From: Octopus sinensis | Lineage: Eukaryota | Length of the DNA: 64,000 nucleotides | Direction: 5' to 3' | Assembly: GCF_006345805.1 (NCBI RefSeq) | Contig: NC_043004.1 | Span: 98,146,001-98,210,000, forward strand | Shown here: positions 1 through 14,177 of the stretch, in pieces | How positions within the stretch are numbered: position 1 is the first letter of the stretch | How the letters are laid out: every line of letters starts with the position of its first letter | The notes under the pieces: model-generated | Databases searched by the model: none | What the model was told of the DNA's origin: nothing | What the model saw: only the letters and a program-made list of their open reading frames with translations | Made by a program: the position numbers and the translations under genes

Positions 1-183
1 CTAGTAAATTCATGAGAATACATACATAAAACAAAACATACAAATCTGTACATATACATACATATATACATACAAAAATACCCTGTTGCCGATGTTGAAA
101 TTCCAATGAAGAAGCCTTGGATCTAGGTTAGAAACCAGCTCTTTCTCTCTTGGCAAGAAATCTTGAAATAAAACCGAACAATG

Positions 184-273
184 ACATACATACATACATA
201 CATGCATAGATATATACATACATACATACATACATACATACATACATACATACATACATACATACATACATAC
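184..273. repeat. (TACA)n microsatellite
   Basis: Direct tandem ACAT repeats; explains ORF 10..348 (YVCM repeats). Confidence 0.95.
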
Positions 274-2079
274 AAAGAGATATATCGAGAGCGTACTACG
301 TGTAGATGTTGATTCGCTCGCTGAGCATTGAAACTGAAAGTTGGACAATTAAATAGATAGGTAGCTAGATATATAGGTACCCACTAAAATCGATATTTTA
401 TCAATTCAGTAAGCATACACAGTTTGTGGATATTCACTTGATTCTTTATATATAAAAGTTAATTGGATAAAACAGCAGAAATGTATAAACGTTGATGAAA
501 ACAGAAAAAAGAGAGTTACCGGAAATGATGTAAAAATTGTCCATTGTGTGTCGATACTCAGAACATAAGTAAAGACTTGCAGATATTAATTTGACGAATA
601 AACAGAGTTAATATCAGTATAATAAGTACTGAACGAAGATCTTAAATTTGTAGATTGGTTTTATGCAGTCTGCATGTAAATTGTGGCACAAGCGATCCCG
701 GAATTTTAATAGAAAAATATAGAGGAAGTTTACAAATAACCATAAGGGACCACAATGGACAGATTATGAATATTTAGATAAGTAAAGCATTCTGATGTTG
801 AATGGACAGATACAGTTCGACATATGTTTGAGGTGACAAATTTTATAACTGTGGAGTAAAATAAACAGGTATAAATATTATGACAAGACATTCGCTATGT
901 GCAGATGTTTATTTGATAAACACTGTTTTTTAGTTATCCTCTCCCCCTGCAAACATTATGACATGAGGGGGTGAAGGTCTATTGAAAAAGCCAATGCTCT
1001 CTCAAAAGTTGATTCAAACGGATCATGCTATGCATGTTATCACTTGTAATGCAACTTAATGCTTGAAATAACAAAGAAAGAAAGAGACAGGAAAATAAAG
1101 AAAGAAAAAAGAAAGAAAAATGAAAGACGTGTTATTTGGATTCTCTGTAAAAAAAACCTACAAGCAAAAACATTGAAGATTTCTTCAGCATTTACAACAA
1201 TGATGTAATTTATAAAATACTCAAACAACAACTATAATAACTACAGCAGCAACAACAATAACAACAACAATTGCAAAGCATAAAGTATCTGTTAAAGAAG
1301 TGAAAATACATAAAAATGTAAGATATGTGTAGCATAACAACTTGGAAACACAATTTCAATATTTTTCTAAAAAAGAAATTCTTTGTTTCCAAATGTTCTT
1401 TAGTTGTTCCGTATCATTCTTTAGAATTTTAATGGCAGAGATTCGTCAAAATGAAGCAACTCAAAACGCTTATTATGGATGCAGTTTTGATTAATTTATT
1501 CCATGGATAGATTTAATTCTATTAGAATATCTTCAGTAATAACAGCAGTAGCAACAACAAAAATGGACAGCTGCAGGTACAATAACAATAACAACGGCAA
1601 CTGTTACTATAATAATAACAGAAATAAGATACCTGAAGACGAAAAGGTAGAAGGGGGGAGATTTAGCTAGAGATATGTTAATTTGTTTAGTTAGAATAGA
1701 ATTAATTCTGTAGGGTATTGTTAGAGGGTTGAAATGCCTTCCAGGTCTGCCGAATTGGCATTCCTGGAAGAAAAGAGAATTTGTAAAATTTAGTTATATG
1801 GTCGAGGATTTTAAAGGAATAGCGGCTAATTCATAAAGAAAACAGAGGAATTAAGAAGGTGGGAAGAGAATTCTGTTCTGAAAAGGGATTGTTAGCTGTG
1901 AATAAGGGTGTAAATAAATATTTAAAATATAGACATTCGGATCGAGGCTTTCGAATGCTCGGGCGATGGATACGTTCATAATTATCTGTATTTTTGCTGG
2001 CCGGGCTTTATATTTCCTGGTAAATACTCATGATAGCCAAACAGGTCAATAAATAGATAAATGCTTAAACAACTAGATA

Positions 2080-2760
2080 TACGAAGGGGTCGTGGAGGCG
2101 CAATGGCCCAGTGGTTAGGGCAGCGGACTCGCGGTCATAGGATCGCGATTTCGATTCCCAGACCGGGCGTTGTGAGTGTTTATTGAGCGAAAACACCTAA
2201 AAGTTCCACGAGGCTCCGGCAGGGGATGGTGGTGATCCCTGCTGTACTCTTTCACCACAACTTTCTCTCACTCTTACTTCCTGTTTCTGTTGTACCTGTA
2301 TTTCAAAGGGCCGGCCTTGTCACTCTCTGTGTCACGCTGAATATCCCCGAGAACTACGTTATGGGTATACGTGTCAGTGGAGTGCTCAGCCACTTACACG
2401 CTAATTTCACGAGCAGGCTGTTCCGTTGATTCTGATCAACCGGAACCCTCGTCGTCGTAACCGACGGAGTGCTTCCACACGAAGGGGTATCCAAAAGTTA
2501 CCGAGAACGTTCTCTGTGAGACAAGTCCCTTGTAGTTCAGGATTCCGTCGCTAGAATCCACTCCAGGCAACCCTCAGGCATTAGTCTCTCAACCGGTATC
2601 ATCAAGTGTATTGCAATGTTGTGTCCTGGAGCTCTGCCCAACGATTTTTGAACGAGAAATTGCAAGTGAACAGAGTTGCAGCAAAATTAGAGCCTCACTT
2701 GCTCACGGAAGATCAAAATCAGTCACGACTGAATGCGTGTTCAAGAAGGTGATGTTATCC
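2080..2760 (+). mobile_element. Mariner (Tc1/mariner) 5' remnant interrupted in its TIR by a SINE
   Basis: TA+CGAAGGGGT[SINE]ATCCAAAAGTTACCG is a mariner-type TIR. 2622-2741 translates to VSWSSAQRFLNEKLQVNRVAAKLEPHLLTEDQNQSRLNAC, resembling the mariner HTH/WVPHEL-linker region. Confidence 0.75.
2091..2478 (+). mobile_element. tRNA(Arg)-like SINE family A, long-tail variant A1, full length with 10-bp TSD
   Basis: Head has A-box TGGCCCAGTGG, anticodon-like CTCGCGG and B-box-like TTTCGATTCCC. ACGAAGGGGT is duplicated at 2081-2090 and 2479-2488. A near-identical copy lies at 9922-10303. Confidence 0.9.
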
Positions 2761-4342
2761 TTAAATGCTCTCTTGACTTTTCATAACAATTTAGGTGGTG
2801 TTCAGATGAAGTACTAATCGTTTAATGTGTATGAGATTAAAATATAGGCACAGGACAGAAATTAAGAACTTGTAATTCTGAGCATGAAGAATTTCAGTTG
2901 GCAAAGAATTTCAGGTGAATGTGGGAAGATTACTGGAAATGATATAGTTTTGGAACTCATTACTGGATGAATACGATAAATATAGAAAATTAAATACATT
3001 GATAGCTTGTTGAAAGGAGCTGTAACTTTGTGTCAAACGATGAAAAAGCAAAGAAAAAATAGAACACTCCTGTAGTATATATTTTAGCAATCTTGTTGGT
3101 GCTCAAAATCATGAAAGCCCCGTTTTGACGGATGCGGCCCAAGCACTTTGCGTGAGAGTATCAGCCGCACGACTGGTTTTAAGAATATGGTTCAAAATTG
3201 CATTTTCTATTTTAGAGAGTCAGCAACTGCTTTGAGTAATTATTTAGATCCTATTCACAAAAGATATATTCACAAAATTTCTAAAAAATATGTATATCCG
3301 AGGCCCTGCAGTAACATTAATCATTATTTTAATGCAGCAAAACTATCTCCAAGGAATCCTTTCCCCAACATATTTCTTGTTTTCGATATCAATCAAATTT
3401 GTAAATGAAGACCATCAACCAAAGCTCTTTGCTGTATTGCACCATTAGTACGGTTTTGTCTTCTAGATCAATGAGAGAAAGTCGAAAATTAGGAAATTAG
3501 AAAACCTACAATGATTCGCATTTTATGTAAGCAAAACATAGCTGTATTTTTCGAGAGCATGATGTGGATAATCAAGTTAAAACGGATTAGGTTGCCATCA
3601 GATAACAGTTCGTGGTTATGTCGATGATGTGCCATTGACAGATGTGAATCAGATACATCACAGGCATGAATTGTACTCTAAGAATAATGTTGTATTCATA
3701 ATGCTGGTACTTATTTTAAAACTTGTGTGATTTACTTGAAATACACAACATACGTGTGTGTGTGTGTATGTGGGTAAAAAGGGTAGTCAAAATTTCAGAT
3801 AATTCATTTTAACGCTTTGATCCATTTATGAAGAGTTTACTAAATGAATTTTATAGAAAGTTTCTTGGTTTTTATACAAATGGAGAGGAAACATTCTATC
3901 AAATTTATCTGGCAATCTTCATGAATGAAGGAAAGCGCTAATAAAGAATTATCCAAACGTCTGAGTGCCTCCTTTTTCTTAATATACAATATTTGTACAT
4001 CACTTCAAACACTCTATTCATACACACACACATGCATACACTCACACACACACACACACACGCACCCACGTACACATACATACATACATATTATACATAG
4101 GTGACTTAATATAAATGATTTTCGTCATTTCTTTCTCTTTTGCCTGCGTCGTTTGCCTTTTAAGTGCTTTGGTTTTGCTGGGATCTTCCCTTTTAGTAGA
4201 AACGAATAGCCAACATTTTTGACTGCTATTTCTAAATTCGGTGTGAGTGAGGCAAATCTTTGCTAAACCCTTAATTACTTAGTATTACATTATATATATT
4301 ATATATATATATATAGCTATATATATATATATATATATATAA

Positions 4343-4594
4343 TATTATACCCGTAATATTAGAGCCACTTTGAATATGTTAACTCTATGCTAGAAATAGG
4401 TCCGACCGGTAAAAGTCGCCGACGATATTCCACATAGAAATAGCACCACAGTCAACGCTGTAGTAATTTAATTTCATAGCGTTGACTGTGGTGCTATCTA
4501 TGTGGAATTATCGTCGCGACTTTACCGGTCGGACCTATTTCTAGCACTAATTAACATATTCAAAGTTGGCTCTCTAATATTTACGGATAAATAT
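4343..4594. repeat. Fold-back inverted repeat (~118-bp arms, 14-18 nt loop) between (TA)n tracts
   Basis: 4343-4461 is the reverse complement of 4476-4594, with a few small indels. Confidence 0.95.
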
Positions 4595-4781
4595 GAATTT
4601 GTGTCCCCGGTTTTTTGTGCTAGGTCGCTTGGTGTTAAAATAAGGGTATTACTTAATTAATATCTATAATTTTATGCACCCTCATTATTGAATATATATA
4701 TATATACACATACACACATATATAGCTATATTATATATTAGTATATATATATATATATATACTATATATATATATATATTA

Positions 4782-4815
<34 letters not shown>

Positions 4816-7002
4816 TATTATATATACATATGCCTACATACGCACATCCGTATGGGTATGCATATGCGAAAATATAGTTTCAGTAACGATTGACAAATAC
4901 CACTGAAATACCTAATGACGCGTAAAATGGTGTTTACTTGAAGTTGAAAATATCTCACAAAATTATATTCAGTGTTTCACGTACCCAGTCATCAAACAGC
5001 CATGAGTACTTTGAACACTTGAAGGATTTATAAGTCTCTATAAACGGTCCAGCGATAATTACTTAGTAAGTCACTAAATAAAGATTTTGTGCAGTTGCTG
5101 TATCCAGGCAATTATTTCATTTAAATAACAAATCTTTAGGATGGAAACGATTGTTCTTAACGGGAAAAAAAACTTAATTATTGACGTGAGTCGAAATTAA
5201 ATGAAGTACAATAACAAAGGTCACCTCTACGCGTGGAAATTGTTGTAATAAAAGCAACGGTAGAGGAAAACAAACACTTTTAGAAAATAAGATTGAAAAC
5301 TATGTCGTAAAACAGAAGAATGATAATCAAAGTTAAGATTAGAGCGAAAGAGTATCACGAAAAACAGGAAAATAGAAATCAGAAAAATTAATGATCATAC
5401 GAGGAGAGAGTTGCAAAAAGTGAAACATATACAAGGCAAAAAGAGAGAGATTAAACAAATTAGGGAAGAAACGAGTGTGAGAAGAAATTTTTTAAAAATG
5501 GCAAGAAAGGGAGAAGCTGGATAAATATATATCATTTGTTACAAGTGGCAACTTCTATTAAATGACAAAGTCTTCAAGAAAATTGCATAAAAGTCGAATG
5601 CGAAGTCGAAGGAATATTTTCAGAATTACAAAATTACTGAAAACACTTCCAATGTATTCAAAGTTATGATAAAGCATTAAAGCACATGTGATAATGAAAA
5701 GTGGCAATGTTAATATACTAATTATTCAGTTAAACAGATCTCTCAATCAAAATCTTCGAAGAATTTATACAATAGTTCAATAGTTTTATTTTACTATCCA
5801 GGGTCGATTTATTTGAAATAGGATAAATTTATTTTTTACTAAAGAATTGCACATTTAGTAGAACGGTGGAAGTTTCCATGTCTATATGGATTTTTCTTTC
5901 AAAACTTAAGCTATTGGATTTTGAAAGGTACAGCAACAGTTACTTTTAATTGGCGTACAATGTTTAGTTAAACTCTTTGTGTACTTCAAGGAATGTTTGT
6001 GTAGATAAAATTTCGACCACAAGACGTCTTCTATAGCTCCCGTGTAAGTTCTGTATGTACGGCTGTTATCTACCCAGACTTTCACCCGAAAAACAACTCC
6101 CTTTCAGGCAATTGCCAAATAAGAGGTAAGTTACTAGAACGTTAAGAATTGCACTTAAGGTTGTCATCAAATCATTAGAAATATCGAAATTTCTCACATT
6201 ATGCTGGTTAAATATTAAGCCTTGTTTGTAAACCTGCTTAATATGAAAAGATTCAATAAATCTAATGATTTTATGACAGCATAAGTGCAATAGTAAATAT
6301 CCTATTAACTGCCATCGTATTGGCAAATCATTGATTAAGTGAGTTGCTTACAGGGCTAAGGTCCAGGTTGATAATAGCCTGTTATATAACATTTACGCCA
6401 GACCCACAGAGAATAGCAAGAAGACGAGCTTTAGCTCTCTAATTTCTCCTCTAATCAATCTATGAACTACGCTTATTGTCGGTTCATATTTGATACAAGT
6501 TATCTATTACAACAATTAATATGTTTATTACCATTTTCTTTTCTTTTTCTATTCTATCTCTTCTGTTTGGCCTTTCTTCATCTTATTCCCCGTCTGTCTA
6601 TTTGTCTTCTATATGCAGCTCCGCTTTCTTCATGGCACACTTATTTGTTTAATTTTGCAGTCCTTATTTGCTTGTTTCCGACATTATCACGTGTCGTGTT
6701 TTCTCTTCAGTTCTTACTTTTTATTTTTATCTTTCACGACATGTTTCCTTCAAAATTTGATTTCTGAAAGACTTGTTTCTTTTCTCGCTGTATTACAACT
6801 ATTTTCACGCTAATAGGCAATCTTAACCATTCTTCGATTGGTAGAAGAGTTTCGACTCGCTTTTTAGTATATATATATTTCTCTGATATGCTTAATCATT
6901 ATAATCCAACAAATTAAAATCACTTTGAAAAGGTATAAGCATTTGAACAATCGGCTTTAAATGTTTATTTGATGACTTACTAAATAACTATTACTGTACA
7001 AG

Positions 7003-7049
<47 letters not shown>

Positions 7050-7323
7050 ATAAGCAATCATATACTTCAAAATACAGCTTTCTGATGTGTGGTTACTCGG
7101 AATTCAGAGTAAGAGTTTCTATAGTCTTTTCAACTTTAACATATATGTGTATGTGCATGTGTTCGTATATACATACAGCTGTGTATGTGTGCGGTGTATG
7201 TGTACGCGCACGCACACACACACGCATACGGACGCACGCACACGCGCGTGCTTTTGGTCCCGTAGGCTGTAAGGATTTATCAAAGGAAACAAACATGTAT
7301 ATATACATACACACGTATATATT

Positions 7324-7358
<35 letters not shown>

Positions 7359-8459
7359 TGTGTGTGTGTGTGTGTGTGTGCATGTATGTGTACGTGTGTG
7401 TATGTGTGTGTTTGTGTGTCGAACACATACACTCACATATATACATAATTTTGTTTCTGTTGGAATATTTGAAAGAAATGTAAATATGAAACGCTAGAAG
7501 TATCGTCGGTAAATCAATTATTTATAGGAACTCAAACTGTACAAGGAAGAGAAAGAAAGAAAAAGTGCGTAGGGGCGGGGGATGAAAAAGGAAAGAGAAG
7601 CGAACGATTGTCTGTGAGGCTGTCAGCAGTTGGAAAAGAAAGAAAAAATAAATATTTTAAACAAATTAGAAAATAAAATTATCTATAGATTTATTAAAGA
7701 AACTATATCAACGATATATTTAATTTGAAGATGAAGGGAAAATCGGCAAAGTGTAAATGTATAAGTGTATATTATGTATAAAAGTTTTTCTAAAGATAAT
7801 TTATATATAAGCTGCATATAACCTGTAGGCCACTTGTAAAAAGCAAAATAAGGAAACGTGGGATATACTACTACAGAACCTTCTAAAACTAGAAGCTATA
7901 ATTAAGCATTTTCTGTCCTTACTAGCGGTTGAGCGTCCATCACTGACAAGATCAAGGAAGGTCAAAATCACGTGATCTGGTGGTCTCATCGCTGGGATTT
8001 ATCGCTCCTCTAGCGATAGAAACAAAAGTGCATTTAGCATCAAAAGCCAATATCAGAGTTTCTCTCATGATATCTTCAGCAGTTTACTATGTTCCAGCAG
8101 AACGTGCTGTGAGGATAAACATTGCCCCAAATAAGATTGTCTGTGACGTCAATCGAACTACGTCGATATATGTAATCATAAACCATTATTTCAAGACTAT
8201 GTTTATTCAACCTTATAAGAATGAAGGAGACCTTAAAATAATGAGACTCTAAGATATAAAAGATTAATAAAGAAGCGTATAAAACATACACTGACATTTT
8301 CAGCTACTAAACAGATATCACTATCGTTTCAACACTTCTACTTGTCAACTAAATTAAAAGCTCCTTGTCAATATACCGGTAGCACGAGCTAAACATTTGC
8401 GCCATTCCACCAATACCACCTTATCATTATAAAAGTTAACATCGAATATAGTTAGTCAG

Positions 8460-8630
8460 CCAATGTTGGTGTGTTTACGTCCACGTAGCTTAACGGTTCG
8501 GCAAAAGAGACCGATAGAATAAGTACTAGGATTTTTTTTTAAATGAGCCTGGAGTGAATTTTTTCGGCTAAAACCCTTCAACACAGTGCTCCAGCATGGC
8601 TGTAGTCAACTAACTGGAACAAAATAAAAG
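8460..8630 (+). mobile_element. SINE family B, degenerate 3' half
   Basis: Matches the B tail: GTGTTTACGTCC...CGGTTCGGCAAAAGAGACCGATAGAATAAGTACT...GTGCTCCAGCATGG. Confidence 0.8.
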
Positions 8631-9921
8631 CTTATAAATATAGGCCTCATTTAACATTTGAATACCATACCAAGGAGATTAGAAATAAATCGATCGTGTT
8701 TTCTTTTTTGTGCTTATCAATTATTTAACGCAGGTACTAAATAGTACTTAAGTGAAAATTGTAACTTTATTTCTACATTTCATATAAGAACATTAAATCC
8801 CCCTCAATGTAGTACTTAACTGAACTAGATCACAAATTTCTCAGAAGTGCTTTAAACCACGAACGATGAAAATTTGGGAATGGAGAATCATTAACGTCAT
8901 TTATTATCTTCCATTGAATATCGAATTTTATATGATTATCTTACAAATGCCGGACTCCAAGTTGTCTTAAAATGCAGCTTCAATAAAATTATCTATGTAT
9001 GTGCGTGAGTATGTGTGTGAGTAGTATGTATTGTGTGTGTGTGTGTGTGTGAAAAGGAGGAGCAGGAAGAGGAGGTGAAGAAGAAGGAGGAGGAGAAGGA
9101 AAATAAAATTTAGAGTAGGAGAAAAGCGCAATATAAATAGATGTTGGGGAGCAGAAGAACGACAAATGAAGGAAGAGGGGAAAGAAAGAAAACTTAAATA
9201 TTGTTGTGCTCCTGCTCCAGCATAGCCACAAAAATTGATTAAAGCCAGTAAAATAAAATTTAAAAAGTGCATAAAAAACTAATTTTGCCCTTCACTCCAC
9301 TGACGCAGCAGTTTATAAATATAATTATTTTCATTGGGCGGAGAGAAAGATAATGCATATTGTGTGATTAATTTTCTAGACTCAAATTGAATACAGCGGT
9401 GAATATATGTGGCGTATGTTCTGATTAAATTCTTCTTCTGAAATTAAGTAGATGGGGGTGTCTATTGAATATCAAACTGATTGCGATATTCATGTGGAAT
9501 ATTTTATATCTCTAACTATTGGCAGAGTATTTAGTATTAGAATAAAGATACTTATGACGAGATCTGTTCGGACTATAAGACTAAAGATGGCGAGGTTGAA
9601 TCTTAGAAATTTTCGTTAGCGTTGTTTACGAGGATTTTGATTGCTTGTAGTGCTTCTTCTGCACTTATTAAATTTTGTTCTTCAACTGCTAACGCTCAGC
9701 GAATCACGATGACATTAAACGATCTTTTGAAAGTGTCTTCATTTGAGGACATAACATCTCCAAATATTCATATTTAAAGATGTTAATGAAAGTTTCCCTG
9801 AAATTATCGACGCAGTAAACATTTATAACTGCTAAACTAAGTACAATATCATGAAATAAGCTACCATTCAAGTTATATATTTGAGAAGGGATTAAACTCT
9901 ATTTCGACAACTATGTAAGAA

Positions 9922-10303
9922 GGAAGCACTCCGTCGGTTACACCGACGAGGGTTCCGGTTGATCCGATAAACGGAACAACCTGCTCGTGAAATTAACGTG
10001 TAAGTGGCTGAGCACTCCACGGACACGTGTACCCTTAACGTAGTTCTCGGGGATATTCAGCGTGACACAGAGAGTGACAAGGCCGGCCCTTTGAAATACA
10101 GGTACAACAGGAACAGGAAGTAAGAGTGAGAGAAAGTTGTGGTGAAAGAGTACAGCAGGGATCACCACCATCCCTGCCGGAGCCTCGTGGAGCTTTAGGT
10201 GTTTTCGCTCAATAAACACTCACAACGCCCGGTTTGGGAATCGAAACCGCGATCCTTCGACCGCGAGTCCGCTGCCCTAACCACTGTGCTATTGCGCCTC
10301 CAC
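9922..10303 (-). mobile_element. SINE family A, variant A1
   Basis: Reverse complement of 2091-2478 with high identity. Confidence 0.9.
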
Positions 10304-10845
10304 CCCATACTTAATATTCAAAAGGAGTAAGTATTTTACTTTTGTAAGTGAGTGTAATCTGGCTCGAATCTTTTGGAAAACAGTTACATCTGGAAATTTA
10401 GACTGCTCTAGAATCAAATCTAGAGAATCTTGTTATTGAATACCTGCACAAACATTAAGACAAAGAATACTGGTGCAAAATTCCCATCGAAACATGTCAA
10501 GTGTAAGCATAAAAAGCCAGATATTTTACATTTATACCAATAATAATTGGTGCATTTGGTTTTTGTGAGTAAATGCCTAACTGAAAGTTAGGATGAGCTT
10601 GGATTTTCAGGAGAAGAAATCAGTCATGTAACTCGCATAATATAAACGCAATCTGTAAGTGCAACAGTAAAGATATGCAACTGTTCTCTGCAGCTTAAGA
10701 TTTTACATTGTCTTCGTTATATGTATTCCAAAGACGGTGCTTTCTGTCTTTATAAAGAAGAACCTAAAAAATTTCAAAGGGACGGAAACACGCATAAACA
10801 CAGCCCTGTGTTTGGATTTGGTAGATGGAAGCAAGAAGCACGTCG

Positions 10846-10883
<38 letters not shown>

Positions 10884-12983
10884 AATTGAAGTAATATTTT
10901 TATCACTCTGTAAGATCCACACCTTAAACACAATATGGACAATTTTTCACTGTCAAATGTTTCAAGGAACATAAAGTTTCCTCCATCCGATTTATATTGG
11001 TATATGAAATTAAATTAAATTAAATTGTGACATTAGTAACATAGTATTGTAGAAGATAATTTTACATCACTAGTGGACGTGAATATGCATCTGTTTTCTT
11101 CTACCGCCTCATGTATTATAGAATGATTGTTCACTAGTATATACCATAACACATTGAGAATATCTTGAATACTTCAAACATATTGCGGTGTTATTCAAAT
11201 AACGAACATTATTAAAGAAAAATTTCAGAACTGGTGATAAAATGTTGTCTTTCTACAAATAGGGTGATTTTTATCAAGTTAGTTATAACACCTACGACTT
11301 GTAATATCTACTAGAAACAGGACAGGCTTTGTGAAAAGCTTTTCCTATATTAGTTGGTGCTATAAAATATACCGAAATATACGAGTACTTAAAAACTTTA
11401 TTAAAAATCACACTTCAGTGGACAATAAGCAATGTATTTACTTGTTGTGGAGTATATGCTATATAAATCTTTGAGAAATTCTTTAATTTTCAATTAAATT
11501 TGTTGGCGTTGATTGAAAATTCTGCTTGGAATGGAGTGATACAATGTAGAATGTACTGAAAATTAATTTTTACTACGCATAACGCATCTAATACTTAATA
11601 TATTATGTTATAAGTTATTGATTTCTATGCAGTATTGACTTATAGCCTTCTACTTTTAGTTTTTGGTTTCATTATTGGAAATATTGCCGCTGATTTTAAT
11701 GACTCGTTTGTTCCATTATTTAAACGAATTTTTTTAATGTTTTTAAATACAATATTGTGCTGAATTTATTGACTCATGTAACACTTTGAATCAACATTTG
11801 ACATTTTGAAGATAGAAGTAATTCATAAAATTGTAATCCTCCATGCCACATATATCTCTGTCAAGTTAAAATGGACCAATATTTTCCATGAAATATAGAT
11901 GATGTACTGTCAGAAAACGAACAAGATTATTTTGTAACTATGTTTTCAATGATCCGTATAGAAAAAGTTCTGTTTGGTGCAGTTCTGTACACTATTCACA
12001 ATTGTTACACGCTTTTCTGTCCTGTCCCTGAAGGATTCAGAGTCTTTTGTTATTTGTACTTGTAGAAGTTGTAAGTGTGCCAGGTCAGCTATGATCTGTT
12101 TTACTGGACCTATAGACCTTCTCTCTTTGTAGTCGTCAGAGAAATAAGGATTTCCACTAATTCAGTTGCTTGTTGATAACCGCATATTTTCTTGCTGCTT
12201 CGCCTAAAACAGAAATTTCATTTTTAAAGTTTACATAAACACGAGTTTTCTTTTTGTTTTGAAATCTTTTCTAACACAAAAATGAAATAGAGACAGGAAA
12301 TACTTAATCTATTATCTAACTAATCGTTGCTCTATAAACTATTGAGCTATTGGAGTTCTTCATGAAAATTTCTAGATTTAAGCACGAAGTAGAACTTCCT
12401 CCTTAGAAAATATAAGATTCACCTCTCGATGACGTGTACATGGAATTTTGTAAGCGCGTGTCAATTTCGGAACTCGATAGCTTTCACCACGAAAATAAAC
12501 ATATTTGCACCTGAACAGGTCGTTGCCATATGGGGCCACCATTACAGACCTGATAAGGATATCAGTATGAACAACATGAAGAGAATAGTAATAATGACCT
12601 CAAGATTTAGCACGCGATGAATTTTAAGGAGTGGAGGTTAATTGTATTGTTATATATGTTATAAATTTATGATTGCATGTTTTATAAATAACTAAGGACT
12701 GAAGTTAAACAGTTTCATCATAAACATCTGAGAGGTTTAATAAAGTTCGCTGATTAGATATTACAAGTTGTGTGCTTACAAGAAGCAAATCAATTCTATA
12801 AATGCTTCTGCAATATAGCCTAACAAACGAGCTTTTCTCTATTACACAATAAGCACAAACATAACTATATACATGAATACACACACATGACAGAAGTAAA
12901 TAGATACCCTTATACTACTTAAAATGTATTTCAATCTGAAATTATACTTTCAAATTATTTATTAATTATTATACCATGAATAT

Positions 12984-13930
12984 TTAATATTTAGTAGACA
13001 TGCCCTTTGCATTTTTGAATGCATGGACTCTATTAGGCATGCTACTGATAAGATGAATATTCTCTTGAGGAATTTTTTGCCAGGTTTCATGCAGGGATTT
13101 CAAAAGAGTACCCTTTGAATATGCTTTGTTGTTCTTTCTATGAAATTTTCTGTTCATTATAACCCAGAGGTGTCCAATAGGGTTCATGTCTGGTGACTGG
13201 CTTGGCTATGGAAGTTTTTTTAATTCCTTTCTCTTCAACTAATCTTGGATTTTTAGGTGTGTGACAAGGAGATCCTTCTTCTATAAAGAGTATTCTTTAA
13301 TTATTACAACACTGGAAATATTGGAAGGAGTCCTTTCTACAATATGGACACATATTTATCTGAGTCTATGATTCCATCACACTCCACCAGTTCTGATCGA
13401 CTATTGCTCCAAATTGCTCCCCGTGCCATCACAGAATAACTGCCGAGTTTCACTGTTGGCTGCGATCTTTTGACATCGAATTCTTGATCACAGAGTCCCC
13501 AGACCCACACTCGACTACTATCAGCAAATTTGGAATCATCAGAGAATATGAGAGTGTCACAATGCTAGTGGCTTCTCTATCATCTGCCCAGTCTTTTCTC
13601 CACTTTATATTGGCTGGTCGAAGAAGTGGCTTCCTTCTTGCTGCTCTGCCATAGTAGCCAAATTTGTGGAGATTCCTGACAGCTGTCCTGGGATTAACAT
13701 CAACTTGTTCTATGTCAGAGGCATTGTCAGATGGCCGTGGGCGAGTTAATGCGGACTTCTTGCCCTCCCTGGTGAATTGAAAAATCGCTCTATTACCTGT
13801 AGAATGTGGGATCCAAAGGTTTTCTGCAATTTTACTCTTACTAGGTCCACCTTCAGAGTGACTCACAATACGGCCTCTTTGAAATTCTGACAGTTCCAAT
13901 CCTTCTTTTGTACATGGTATGATTAAACAG
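12984..13930 (-). mobile_element. Tc1-family transposase pseudogene
   Basis: [11 protein letters not shown] (paired-like HTH), [34 protein letters not shown] and SMPNRVHAFKNAKGMSTKY across frameshifts and stops. Confidence 0.9.
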
Positions 13931-14119
13931 TCACATATAGAACCTGAAACGTAAATACGTCAATTAATAAAGAATATAAATCTTTCCAAGTTAATAGAGA
14001 AATAAAACCTTTCCAGTAAAAAGACACCACATAAAACGATGTTTTATGTGGTGTCTTTTTACTTCTGACATGACTGCAGTCAAATGACAAACAATAAAAG
14101 AAGAAAAAAGTAATAACAG

Positions 14120-14177
<58 letters not shown>

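Noticed and set aside
2091-2165. tRNA-Arg-like sequence
   Set aside because: It is a SINE head: the acceptor stem is not closed and it continues into the SINE body.
3780-3970. Possible mariner 5' fragment (MERKHSIKFIW)
   Set aside because: Too degenerate; the TIR and motif are not convincing.
7801-8297. Overlapping non-repetitive ORFs on both strands
   Set aside because: No recognisable domain or consistent splice signals.
2226-10219. Duplicate hydrophobic ORF MVVIPAVLFHHNFLSLLLP
   Set aside because: It lies wholly inside SINE A1 copies.
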